Positions 1 to 8,071 are shown, counted from the first letter of the stretch. The stretch: DNA of 64,000 nucleotides from Thermoplasmata archaeon (GCA_041554135.1 JBFFML010000002.1:22212-86211); one strand, 5' to 3'. Notes: generated from the letters alone by a model not told the origin. Numbers and translations are program-made.

Positions 1-219
1 ACTGAATCCCACGCCTTTCTCGTACTCGTCCAACACCCAATCGAGGTCCCTGTGGGAGTAGAAGATGCCTCTGCGGAGCATGATGTGCAAAGGTCCGTGT
101 CGGGCGAACCTGTCCATCAACGCCTCGTCTATCTTCTTGGTACCGAACCTCACGACGAGCTCGTCATAATCGACCTCGCCGGATACTCTGTACGGGGTCA
201 CCTCGAAGTTCTCGTTCAT
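1..219 (-). CDS. trpS: Tryptophanyl-tRNA synthetase, N-terminal part (truncated by window edge)
   Basis: Manual translation MNENFEVTPYRVSGEVDYDELVVRFGTKKID...MLRRGIFYSHRDLDWVL matches the archaeal/eukaryotic TrpRS N-terminus (VTP..V.G.VDY..L...FG; RRGIF.SHRD). Not in ORF track. Confidence 0.9.
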   Translation of the reverse strand, partial: MNENFEVTPYRVSGEVDYDELVVRFGTKKIDEALMDRFARHGPLHIMLRRGIFYSHRDLDWVLDEYEKGVGFS

Positions 220-340
220 TCAGCCACTGCCAGGGGTTAAACGATTCCCTGCTATATTCTTTCGCTCCGTCCCACAGGCGCCGCAAATTTATAAAGCAGA
301 AGAGAGTCGTCTACCGGCTGGAGCCCGGGACGGAGCATGT

Positions 341-1321
341 ATGGCGTTTTGGCGATGGCATAGGACGGCCGCTCTGATGCTGGCAGCATCACTTGTGGGT
401 CTGGCCCCGCAGGCCGAGGCGTGGTCGGTTGACCTGTCTGAAGGCGATTTCTGGACATATGGGTTCCAGGGGACCGTGTCTGGCGTGCCTGTGTCGGGTT
501 CGGTCACCTACGCGTTCGTCGGATACGACTCGCTCACGGTCGGGAGCACCGAGTACGAGGTCCAGGTCCTGAGGGTGACGGGGCGTTTCCAGGGGAACGT
601 CACATCGGCAGGCCTCACGACCTCCGTCGCAGGTGTGTACGACGGCTATCGCTACGAGGTCGCTGGCACGCTCGGCGTCGTGAAGGACGAGACAACGTCT
701 CTTGAGAACACATCGGTGGGATATGATACGCTTGTCATCGCGTCGTCCGTCGAGCGACAAGAGTCGATCTCGTACTCCCCGCCCATCATGTCCGGCTTCG
801 ACCCCCAGACGGCGCGCGTCGGGGACGAATGGAACGAGTCGTTGGAGATCTCAGTGTCCTCATCGTACTTCGACGGCACGGTCCATCTCGACACCAATCA
901 CTCCGCTGCGGAGGTCGTGGGCTTCACGGTCCTGCCAGGAGGGCTCGAGCAGACCGATGCGGGCGAGTTCTCAGTGCTTCGGGTCATGCGGACCCAAGGA
1001 TCGACGAGCGAGACGCTGTCTTACGCGGATGATGCGGGACGGTTCGTGAGGTCTGAACGATACGAGAATGGATCGAGCGACCCGAGTTATGTCGCTGTGC
1101 TCACCGACTACAGCTTCGAGAAGCGTGGAGAGTATTCCGCGCTCGTCACATTGTTGGCCGGCGCCCTGATCGCATCGCTCACAGTGCTGGCGATCGTAGT
1201 CGTATTGGCTCTCGCTCGCAGGCGGAAGGAGTCAGAGCCGCCTGAGGGCGATGGGGAAAAGGATTCGGAGGCTTCACGCCTAGAAAGTGAATGCGAACAC
1301 GACGCGCGGACGGAGGACTGA
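341..1321 (+). CDS. Hypothetical secreted/surface protein with C-terminal membrane anchor
   Basis: Signal peptide (AALMLAASLVGLAPQAEA), S/T/G-rich beta-like body, C-terminal TM helix followed by RRRK and an acidic tail; TTTATAAA upstream. Confidence 0.7.
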   Translation: MAFWRWHRTAALMLAASLVGLAPQAEAWSVDLSEGDFWTYGFQGTVSGVPVSGSVTYAFVGYDSLTVGSTEYEVQVLRVTGRFQGNVTSAGLTTSVAGVYDGYRYEVAGTLGVVKDETTSLENTSVGYDTLVIASSVERQESISYSPPIMSGFDPQTARVGDEWNESLEISVSSSYFDGTVHLDTNHSAAEVVGFTVLPGGLEQTDAGEFSVLRVMRTQGSTSETLSYADDAGRFVRSERYENGSSDPSYVAVLTDYSFEKRGEYSALVTLLAGALIASLTVLAIVVVLALARRRKESEPPEGDGEKDSEASRLESECEHDARTED

Positions 1322-1818
1322 TGGTCATGGTCACAGATAGGGAGAGGCGCACGGTTTCGGAATCGACAGCCACAGTTGCCAGAGTCATGATGCCGCAGGA
1401 CGCGAACATAGCCGGAAACGTCTTCGGAGGGACGATCCTGAAGATGGTTGACGAGATCGCATATGTGACCGCGACGAAGCACGCCAGGTCGAACGTGGTC
1501 ACGGCGTCTCTCGATAGGATGAGCTTCCTCTCCCCCGTGCATGTCGGCGACCTAGTTACCGTGAAAGCCAAGGTCAACGCTGTCTGGAATTCCTCGATGG
1601 AGGTCGGCGTGAGGGTCGAGGCCGAGGACCCGAGGGCGGGCGGTGTCCGTCACACCGGCTCGTCATACGTGACGCTCGTGGCTCTCGATCCGTCGGGCAG
1701 ACCGCACGCGGTTCCGGAGCTAGCCCTCGAGACGACGGATGACGAGAGGAGGAGCAAGGAGGCAGGCTACAGGAGGGCGAGGCGCCTCGAGGAGAAGGCG
1801 ATGGCGAAGCACGCCTAG
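1321..1818 (+). CDS. Acyl-CoA thioesterase (hotdog fold)
   Basis: P.DAN..GNVFGG.ILK.VDE motif; TGATG stop/start overlap with upstream gene. Confidence 0.9.
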   Translation: MVMVTDRERRTVSESTATVARVMMPQDANIAGNVFGGTILKMVDEIAYVTATKHARSNVVTASLDRMSFLSPVHVGDLVTVKAKVNAVWNSSMEVGVRVEAEDPRAGGVRHTGSSYVTLVALDPSGRPHAVPELALETTDDERRSKEAGYRRARRLEEKAMAKHA

Positions 1819-1925
1819 GCCGACGCATGAGCCGTGCCGGACGAAGGGTTTATCTGTGACGGGCGGCCGAAGATGAGAGCGGTTTTATACGTGCATGGGA
1901 TTGAGGGAGCCCGAGGGAGGGCAAC

Positions 1926-3383
1926 TTGGCCAAAGCCGTTTTTTCCCCGTTGACGAGCGAGCAGGAAGACCAGGTGCACGAGTCATCGATCCGTATACTC
2001 GAAGAGATAGGAATCAAGGTCACGAGCAAGACGGTCATGGCCATGCTCAAAGAGCATGGAGCGACGGTCGACGACAAGGGCCAGATCGCGAAGTTGCCCG
2101 AAAGCCTGGTGGAGGAGTCCCTGTCGAAAGCGCCGAAGGAGTTGATGATGTGCGCCAGGGACAAGAGGTACGATCTTAGCCTTCCAGCATCGAAGCCGCA
2201 GGCGGTGAACGACGGTCAGCCCCCTTACATGTGGGACATGGACGGGCAGAGAAAGCGAAGCTCGACGATGCGCGACCTGATCGACCTCACGATCGTTTGC
2301 GACGCCATGCCTGAAGTGGATCTCTACTGGCCAGAGGTGATCGCTACGGACATCCCTCCCGATGTGTCGAGCTGCCACGAGTACGTGGCCGCGATGTTCC
2401 ACACCGGCAAGCATGTCCAGCACGGAGCAGGCAGTGTCACGGAGGCCAAGCTGGAGATCGATGTCGCTGCAGCCATCGTCGGGTCGGAGAAGGAGCTGGC
2501 CCGTAGACCAGTCATATCCATAACGCACACACCGATGACCCCGCTCAGATACGAGGCGGGCGATGTCGACGCTGTCGTGGAGTTCGCAAGGGCCGGTCTG
2601 CCCGTCGTGCACCTGTCGATGGCGATATCCGGTTCCGTCTCGCCTGTATCCCTCGCCGGGACGGTCACGCTCGTTAACGCGGAGAACCTCGCGGGAGCCG
2701 TCATATCCGAGATCTCCGCGCCAGGAGCTCCGATACTCTACAGTTCCGAATCGGGTCCGATGGACATGAGGACCGGCGTGTTCCTCTCGGGCTCGACGGA
2801 AGGATCCCTGATAAACGCCGCTGGATGCCAGATGGCCAGGAGGTACGGCCTGCCGTCCCAGGTCGGCGGCATCGCGGCGTCCGGGTGCGTCCCGGGGTTC
2901 GAGGTCGGCTATCAGAAGGCCATAAGCGCGTTGGTCCCCGCGATGGCGGGCGCCGACCAGATCGTGGGGATAGGCGGCATTGAGCGCTCGGGGTGCGAGT
3001 CCCTGGAACAGGTAGTGATGGACTGCGAGCTGTGGCGGAACGTGCTGAGAGCCTGGCGCGGTATAGATGTGAACGAGGCCACGATGGCCTATGACGCGAT
3101 CGCGCGCGTGGGCCCCGGCGGGTACTTCATGAAGGATCCTCACACGATCAAGCACTTCAGGAGCGAGAACCTCTTCCCTAAGATCGCCATGCTACCCGCA
3201 GAGCCTGGTAGGAAGGAGGAGCCGATGCACTTGGCTGCTGTGAGGGAGGCGAAGAGGCTGCTCAAGGAGCACAGGTGCCTTGAGCTTGAGGGCGACGTCA
3301 AGAAGGAGATCAAGGCGCTGCTCGCCAAGTACGACGAGGGCGTCCTGGGGCGAAGCGTCGCCGTCGACTACTTGGACAGGTGA
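1926..3383 (+). CDS. Trimethylamine methyltransferase (MttB) superfamily protein, non-pyrrolysine type
   Basis: VHESSIRILEEIGI, SPVSLAGT..L.NAE.LAG, MDMRTG, VGPGG.F motifs; no in-frame amber codon. Confidence 0.85.
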   Translation: MAKAVFSPLTSEQEDQVHESSIRILEEIGIKVTSKTVMAMLKEHGATVDDKGQIAKLPESLVEESLSKAPKELMMCARDKRYDLSLPASKPQAVNDGQPPYMWDMDGQRKRSSTMRDLIDLTIVCDAMPEVDLYWPEVIATDIPPDVSSCHEYVAAMFHTGKHVQHGAGSVTEAKLEIDVAAAIVGSEKELARRPVISITHTPMTPLRYEAGDVDAVVEFARAGLPVVHLSMAISGSVSPVSLAGTVTLVNAENLAGAVISEISAPGAPILYSSESGPMDMRTGVFLSGSTEGSLINAAGCQMARRYGLPSQVGGIAASGCVPGFEVGYQKAISALVPAMAGADQIVGIGGIERSGCESLEQVVMDCELWRNVLRAWRGIDVNEATMAYDAIARVGPGGYFMKDPHTIKHFRSENLFPKIAMLPAEPGRKEEPMHLAAVREAKRLLKEHRCLELEGDVKKEIKALLAKYDEGVLGRSVAVDYLDR

Positions 3384-3426
3384 CTCCCCCTCAACTTTTA
3401 AGGGCCATATACGTCTTGTACCTTGC

Positions 3427-4560
3427 ATGTCGGAATCCATCGGCTTTCTGAACGGCGGAGGCTATCAGCGTTCGCTTGTGAAGGCTGCGGACGCCGCTGT
3501 CAAGGAAGTCCTCGCGGTAAGGCGTGACGAGCGCGTGTTGATCATATCGAACTCGAACAAGGGGACGCGCGATATCGCGATGGCATTGTTCGACGCGTCA
3601 TTACGAGCCCGTGCCTCTCCTGTGCTGGCCTTCCAGAAGGAGAAGGGCCAGTTCGATTTCACAGAGGAAGAGGTGATAAAGGCGCTCTCCGCGGAACCCG
3701 ATGTGGTGCTGTCCATTAGCAAGGACAGGCTTGGGATGGACCGGCACGGCCTGAAGCACGGCTATTCTGGCAAGCGCCGCTACGACAGCCTGTTCGATAT
3801 GTTGTGCAACGAGGACAAAGCGAGGGCTTTCTGGTCGCCGGGCATAACCCCCGACATGTTCGCCAGGACCGTGCCGATAGATTATTCCGTCCTTAGGCGG
3901 GATTGTCGCAAGCTCGTACGCTCGATGATGACGGCCGAGGCGATAAGAGTGACAGCGCCTTCGGGCACCGACGTCACGGTCGGCGTGAAGGGACGTGCGC
4001 CCAAATCGGATGACGGCGATTTCAGGAGACCAGGCGGCGCGGGCAACATCCCCTCGGGTGAGGTCTACGTGTCCCCCGCCCTTGGCTCGACCAATGGCAG
4101 GATCGCGTTCGACGGCTCGATCGCCCTGAACGATGGCGAGGTCGTGATCAAGGAACCCATTGTCGCAACGGTTGAGGGCGGTTTCGTGAAGAGGATATCC
4201 GGGGGCGTTGAAGCCGAGATGTTGAGGAAGTCGGTCCGATACGGCCAACAGAACGCCAGACGGATGGCCTCCAAGGGGGAGCTGAAGCCGTCTGAGGCGG
4301 AGGGTTACTACAGGAACGCGCGCTCAATCGGCGAACTCGGTGTGGGGCTCAACAGGAAGGCCAGGATAGTCGCGAACATGCTCGAGGATGAGAAGGTCTA
4401 CGGCACGTGCCATTTCGCCGTCGGGAGCAACTACGACGGCGACGCCGATTCCCTGATACACCTTGACGGACTCGTGAAATCTCCGACCATATCATTGATT
4501 GGCCGGAACGGGAAAGACGAGGGGGATGTCATGGTCAGGGGCAAGCTAGTCTGGGACTAG
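3427..4560 (+). CDS. M29-family (thermophilic metalloprotease-like) aminopeptidase
   Basis: GNIPSGEVY, IGELGVGLN, EDEKVYGTCHFAVGSN and HLDG motifs; start set at ATG 3427 downstream of TTTTAAG. Confidence 0.85.
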   Translation: MSESIGFLNGGGYQRSLVKAADAAVKEVLAVRRDERVLIISNSNKGTRDIAMALFDASLRARASPVLAFQKEKGQFDFTEEEVIKALSAEPDVVLSISKDRLGMDRHGLKHGYSGKRRYDSLFDMLCNEDKARAFWSPGITPDMFARTVPIDYSVLRRDCRKLVRSMMTAEAIRVTAPSGTDVTVGVKGRAPKSDDGDFRRPGGAGNIPSGEVYVSPALGSTNGRIAFDGSIALNDGEVVIKEPIVATVEGGFVKRISGGVEAEMLRKSVRYGQQNARRMASKGELKPSEAEGYYRNARSIGELGVGLNRKARIVANMLEDEKVYGTCHFAVGSNYDGDADSLIHLDGLVKSPTISLIGRNGKDEGDVMVRGKLVWD

Positions 4561-4566
4561 GTCACG

Positions 4567-4574
4567 TTTTTATG
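4567..4574 (+). promoter_or_regulatory. Putative TATA box for the E1 gene
   Basis: TTTTTATG about 25 nt upstream of ATG 4598, the spacing expected for a leaderless archaeal transcript. Confidence 0.45.
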
Positions 4575-4597
4575 CCACCTGCCCCGTCTCCTTTTCG

Positions 4598-5413
4598 ATG
4601 GGGGAAGTGATCAAGCCCGGGGACGTGGACGGCGATAGGTTCGACAGGTCTCGCCGCATCGAGTGGCTGGACATGGACTGCATCGGCGAGGCAAGGGTCC
4701 TCGTGATAGGCGCGGGAGCTCTTGGGAACGAGGTGGGGAAGGATCTCGTCCTCTCAGGGTTCCGAGACATCACGATTGTGGACATGGATCACGTCGTCGG
4801 GTCCAACCTCAGTAGGTGTGTGTTCTTCAGCTCGGCGGATGTCGCGACGAGATCGTGCAAGGCCCAGATATTGGCCGAAGGCATGAACCGTCTCCGCGAG
4901 GACGTGAGCGCGAGATGGGTGGCCGATCGTGTGGAGGAGATCCCCGTGGAGGAGTTCAGCAAGGCGGACATCGTCCTTGGCTGCCTCGACAACATCGCAG
5001 CAAGATCGTACGTCAACGCCGCGTCATACGCCGCTGGCACACTGTACGTGGACGGCGGTATGGATGGCCTGATCGGCAAGGTCATGGTGGTCAGGCCGCC
5101 GGACGGTGCATGCCTAGCATGCGGTATGAACAGGTCACATGCCAAGGTGGCGAACCTGAGGTTCAGCTGCACAGGGTCCGATGTGACGTTCCATGAGCCG
5201 AGGGTCCCTGCGGAGATAACGACGACGAGCGTAATAGGCGCGGTGATGGTTCGGGAGGCGATCAAGCACGCATCGGGCAAGGACGACCTCCTGCTTTCGA
5301 ATGTGTTCTACTATGATGGCAAGATCAACCGCTCAGAAGAGCTGGAGGTGGAGCGCGACCCGCTCTGCGCGGTCCACGCCGAACGGCCAGCTACAGGTAT
5401 TCGAAACCCTTAA
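4598..5413 (+). CDS. E1 ubiquitin-like activating enzyme (ThiF/MoeB fold)
   Basis: GAGALG nucleotide loop, DMD.V..SNL.R, CLDN..AR..VN, Zn site C172/C175 + C257/H260, candidate catalytic C191 in FSCT. Confidence 0.92.
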   Translation: MGEVIKPGDVDGDRFDRSRRIEWLDMDCIGEARVLVIGAGALGNEVGKDLVLSGFRDITIVDMDHVVGSNLSRCVFFSSADVATRSCKAQILAEGMNRLREDVSARWVADRVEEIPVEEFSKADIVLGCLDNIAARSYVNAASYAAGTLYVDGGMDGLIGKVMVVRPPDGACLACGMNRSHAKVANLRFSCTGSDVTFHEPRVPAEITTTSVIGAVMVREAIKHASGKDDLLLSNVFYYDGKINRSEELEVERDPLCAVHAERPATGIRNP

Positions 5414-5415
5414 GG
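5402..5415 (+). promoter_or_regulatory. Putative internal BRE/TATA promoter for Ubl-E2-JAMM
   Basis: CGAAA-CCCTTAAGG about 30 nt upstream of the Ubl start; similar AAA..TTA(A/T) elements precede several other genes in the window. Confidence 0.35.
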
Positions 5416-5446
5416 TCTCTGTGACGGTGTCGCACTGGGTGGTTCG

Positions 5447-5686
5447 TTGCCCTTCCGCATCAAAGTGAAGAACGCCGAGACAGGCGCATCCGTGGAGATG
5501 GAACTCGAGAACGACAACACCGTGGATGAGGTGATAGAGAGTGCTGCCGCCTTCTGGAAGAAGGACATGGGGGCGTATGTCGTCCGGAAGGGGAAGAAGG
5601 TCTTGAGGGGAAGCACTTCGCTCACCGACGCCGGCATCCGAGAAGACGATGTTCTTGAGCTCGTGCCAGATCCCGAAGGCGGATAG
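5447..5686 (+). CDS. Ubiquitin-like (beta-grasp) modifier with C-terminal GG
   Basis: 79 aa, TTG start after GGGTGG; aligns by eye to ubiquitin (I.VK..TG, T(V/I), L.D..I, L.LV....GG); ends PDPEGG-stop. Confidence 0.88.
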   Translation: MPFRIKVKNAETGASVEMELENDNTVDEVIESAAAFWKKDMGAYVVRKGKKVLRGSTSLTDAGIREDDVLELVPDPEGG

Positions 5687-5691
5687 AGGCC

Positions 5692-6222
5692 ATGTCCTTT
5701 CCGCCGCTACCTATCGACATATTGAGGATACGTCTGAGAAACGAGATAGAGGCCTGTCAGCGTGAGCTGAGACACCACATATCGGTTTCCGACACTTCGC
5801 TGAGCGCCTTTCCGATACTGGTAAACATCACACTGATGCGTGTCCCCGGCCCTTCGCTGGTCAACGGCAGAGTGGTTCACAGGTTCGTCCATCGAATGAT
5901 CCTCTTGATCACCGAACAGTATCCTGTGGAGAAACCGATCGTCAAGTGGAGGACGCCGATATTCCACCCAAACATCATGCCGCCAGAGGACGGGGGATAC
6001 GTCTGCACCAAACTCCTTGAGAACTGGGACTTCAACTCCACATTGCTCACTTTCATCAAGGGGATAGAGTGGCTTCTCGCCAACCCGAACGCCGGCAATC
6101 CGTTCGGCAGCGACACGTGTACGCGTGCAGCGGCGCACTTCAACCGATATGGATATGACCCTCCGGACAGCCCCGGCGCGAACGGTCGACGCATCAGGAT
6201 AATAGGTGAGGCGGATGGTTAA
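5692..6222 (+). CDS. E2 ubiquitin-conjugating enzyme (UBC fold)
   Basis: YP..KP.V.W.TPIFHPNI...G.VC..LL..W and LL.NPN..NP motifs; HPN 92-94, catalytic C105. Confidence 0.93.
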   Translation: MSFPPLPIDILRIRLRNEIEACQRELRHHISVSDTSLSAFPILVNITLMRVPGPSLVNGRVVHRFVHRMILLITEQYPVEKPIVKWRTPIFHPNIMPPEDGGYVCTKLLENWDFNSTLLTFIKGIEWLLANPNAGNPFGSDTCTRAAAHFNRYGYDPPDSPGANGRRIRIIGEADG

Positions 6223-6856
6223 GCCGAGGATCGTCGGAGAAGTCCGAAGGGACCCGTTCAGAAGGCCTCCGCCGCACGATATACGCCCTCATCCGTGGTT
6301 CGCGAGTGACACGACGACACTCTATGATGAGGCGTTGGCTGAGGGTTCCGGACTTGAGATATTCATGTCTTCGACAGCGGAGGGCAAGATCCGGCGACAG
6401 TCACTCGACGCCGCGCCTGGGAGGCTCGAGGTCATGGGCCTGCTGCTTGGCGACGTCTGTTCATGGAACGGTAATGAGTATTCGATCATCCGGGATGTGG
6501 GAACCACCGCTCTCAAGAACTCGCCGGCGAAGGTGAAGTTCGACCCCGAAGCGTTGCCAGGCCTCTTCTCCAGCCTCGACGGCGTGGGTTTCGACTATGT
6601 CGTAGTAGGTTGGTATCATTCACATCCCGGTCACACTTGTTTCATGTCGGGAACCGATCTGCGCACACAGAGATCCATGTTCGATCAGCCCTTCCATTGC
6701 GCGGTCGTAATGGACCCTGTCGGGAGGGAAGTGAGGGCCTTCAAGACGAGGGATGGCGTATGCGTCGAAGTCCCGTTCGCGCTGACATCGCCCGGAGGAC
6801 TCAGGGTCAGGAGGCTCAAGTCGGCCGACTCTCTCGGCGTCTCCGGCGGCATATGA
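6215..6856 (+). CDS. JAMM/MPN+ metallo-isopeptidase (Rpn11/CSN5-like)
   Basis: EVMGLLLG, VVGWYHSHPG..CFMS.TD..TQ and AVVMDP motifs; ATG 6215 follows GGTGAG and overlaps the E2 stop. Confidence 0.93.
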   Translation: MVKPRIVGEVRRDPFRRPPPHDIRPHPWFASDTTTLYDEALAEGSGLEIFMSSTAEGKIRRQSLDAAPGRLEVMGLLLGDVCSWNGNEYSIIRDVGTTALKNSPAKVKFDPEALPGLFSSLDGVGFDYVVVGWYHSHPGHTCFMSGTDLRTQRSMFDQPFHCAVVMDPVGREVRAFKTRDGVCVEVPFALTSPGGLRVRRLKSADSLGVSGGI

Positions 6857-6904
6857 TGACTGAGCGCCGTGGTCCCAGAAAGCTTATTCCGTGGCCAGCT
6901 CCTT

Positions 6905-8068
6905 ATGGAATGTCAGAGGGATAGCTTGGAAACGGTCGCCTCGAAGAGTGTCTTCGTGGCAGCGGTCTGCCTGTCGTTGGTCATCGCCTGCCTGCCGGTA
7001 TTTGTGGAGGCGGACTCCGAAGACTACATGCTTTTCGTCAGTGTCGACGACAAGAAGGTGACCATCCTCTCAGGCAACTTCAGCGTCAGGGTCACGACGG
7101 AGTGGCCCAGGGTGATTTTCTGGCACGAGGTCGACCCTTTCAGCCCGTCCTTCGAGGTGAGTTATCCGCGCATGTATATGCACAACGACTCCGATCGTGA
7201 CGGCGTATTCGATAGCGGCGAGGCTGGTCTGACCGTGTTCCTCGACTCCAACCATGTGGAGTGGAACCTGACCAACATCGTTCAGGGGTTCAGCGAGGAG
7301 TGTGGGGAGTATGCCTACTTCGGCATGAGGTCCTCCCTAAACGCCTACTTTGTGGGTGAGAACGAGACCCTCGTAGAGTCCGACTGGGCGAACATGACTT
7401 TCTGGTTCTTCATCGCGGAGCTCCCGATTGAGTATCAAAACTCCATGGGCGGCTATGTCGTCGCGGGGATGACGCAGCTTCGCATGAATTTCACGTTATC
7501 CATCAACAAGAATCTGACAATGGACAATCTTGTCCTTGAGCAGTTCCTGCAGGGCGGGGCATCCACCAGTGTATTCCATCTGTATGAGTCTACGGCCGAG
7601 GGTGACACGGAAGTGAATAAAATCACGTCGACCGTGGACGAACGGCTGCTTGAGGACAACTGCAGCCATATGTTCAATGGCACGGCGAGCCCCATGCAGA
7701 AGGTGCAATTCGCCAAGGAGGACGGGGTGGTCCAGGCGTTCTACCTGTGGAGCTCCGACGCTCTATTGGGAACCTGCGAGAACTACTCGGCGTATCTCGT
7801 CAACTCCTCCTATTTCACGACCGGCAACGGCATGATGCTACACTCCCTCCTGCCAGTCGGCAACGGCACGACGGAGGTCTCCCACGTCTGCAGCACTGGA
7901 ATATATGAGTCCGGGTTCGTCGGCGGCGTCAAGGATTGGCTCAGGGAGGAGTCAGTCATCGCATCCATCATGCTCGCAACGGCCGTCGCCATCTTTGTGG
8001 CGTTATGGGTCTGGCGGAGGAGGCTGCGGAAGTCACAGCCTGAGGATTCCAAAGCGGACGAAGAATGA
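6905..8068 (+). CDS. Hypothetical membrane-anchored surface glycoprotein
   Basis: N-terminal hydrophobic signal, 12 N-x-S/T sequons, DSDRDGVFDSGE Ca-binding-like motif, C-terminal TM + RRRLRK. Confidence 0.7.
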   Translation: MECQRDSLETVASKSVFVAAVCLSLVIACLPVFVEADSEDYMLFVSVDDKKVTILSGNFSVRVTTEWPRVIFWHEVDPFSPSFEVSYPRMYMHNDSDRDGVFDSGEAGLTVFLDSNHVEWNLTNIVQGFSEECGEYAYFGMRSSLNAYFVGENETLVESDWANMTFWFFIAELPIEYQNSMGGYVVAGMTQLRMNFTLSINKNLTMDNLVLEQFLQGGASTSVFHLYESTAEGDTEVNKITSTVDERLLEDNCSHMFNGTASPMQKVQFAKEDGVVQAFYLWSSDALLGTCENYSAYLVNSSYFTTGNGMMLHSLLPVGNGTTEVSHVCSTGIYESGFVGGVKDWLREESVIASIMLATAVAIFVALWVWRRRLRKSQPEDSKADEE

Positions 8069-8071
8069 GTG

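Noticed and set aside
1926-3383. Pyrrolysine recoding in the MttB homologue
   Set aside because: The ORF is continuous with no in-frame TAG.
4598-5686. Reading E1+Ubl as a ThiF-ThiS / MoeB-MoaD / SAMP sulfur-carrier pair
   Set aside because: The adjacent E2 with intact HPN/Cys and the ubiquitin-like register of the modifier argue for protein conjugation; no thiG/moaE neighbours.
4598-6856. CBASS or mobile defence island
   Set aside because: No CD-NTase, effector, integrase or transposase nearby; flanks are metabolic genes. An antiviral role is not excluded, only unsupported.
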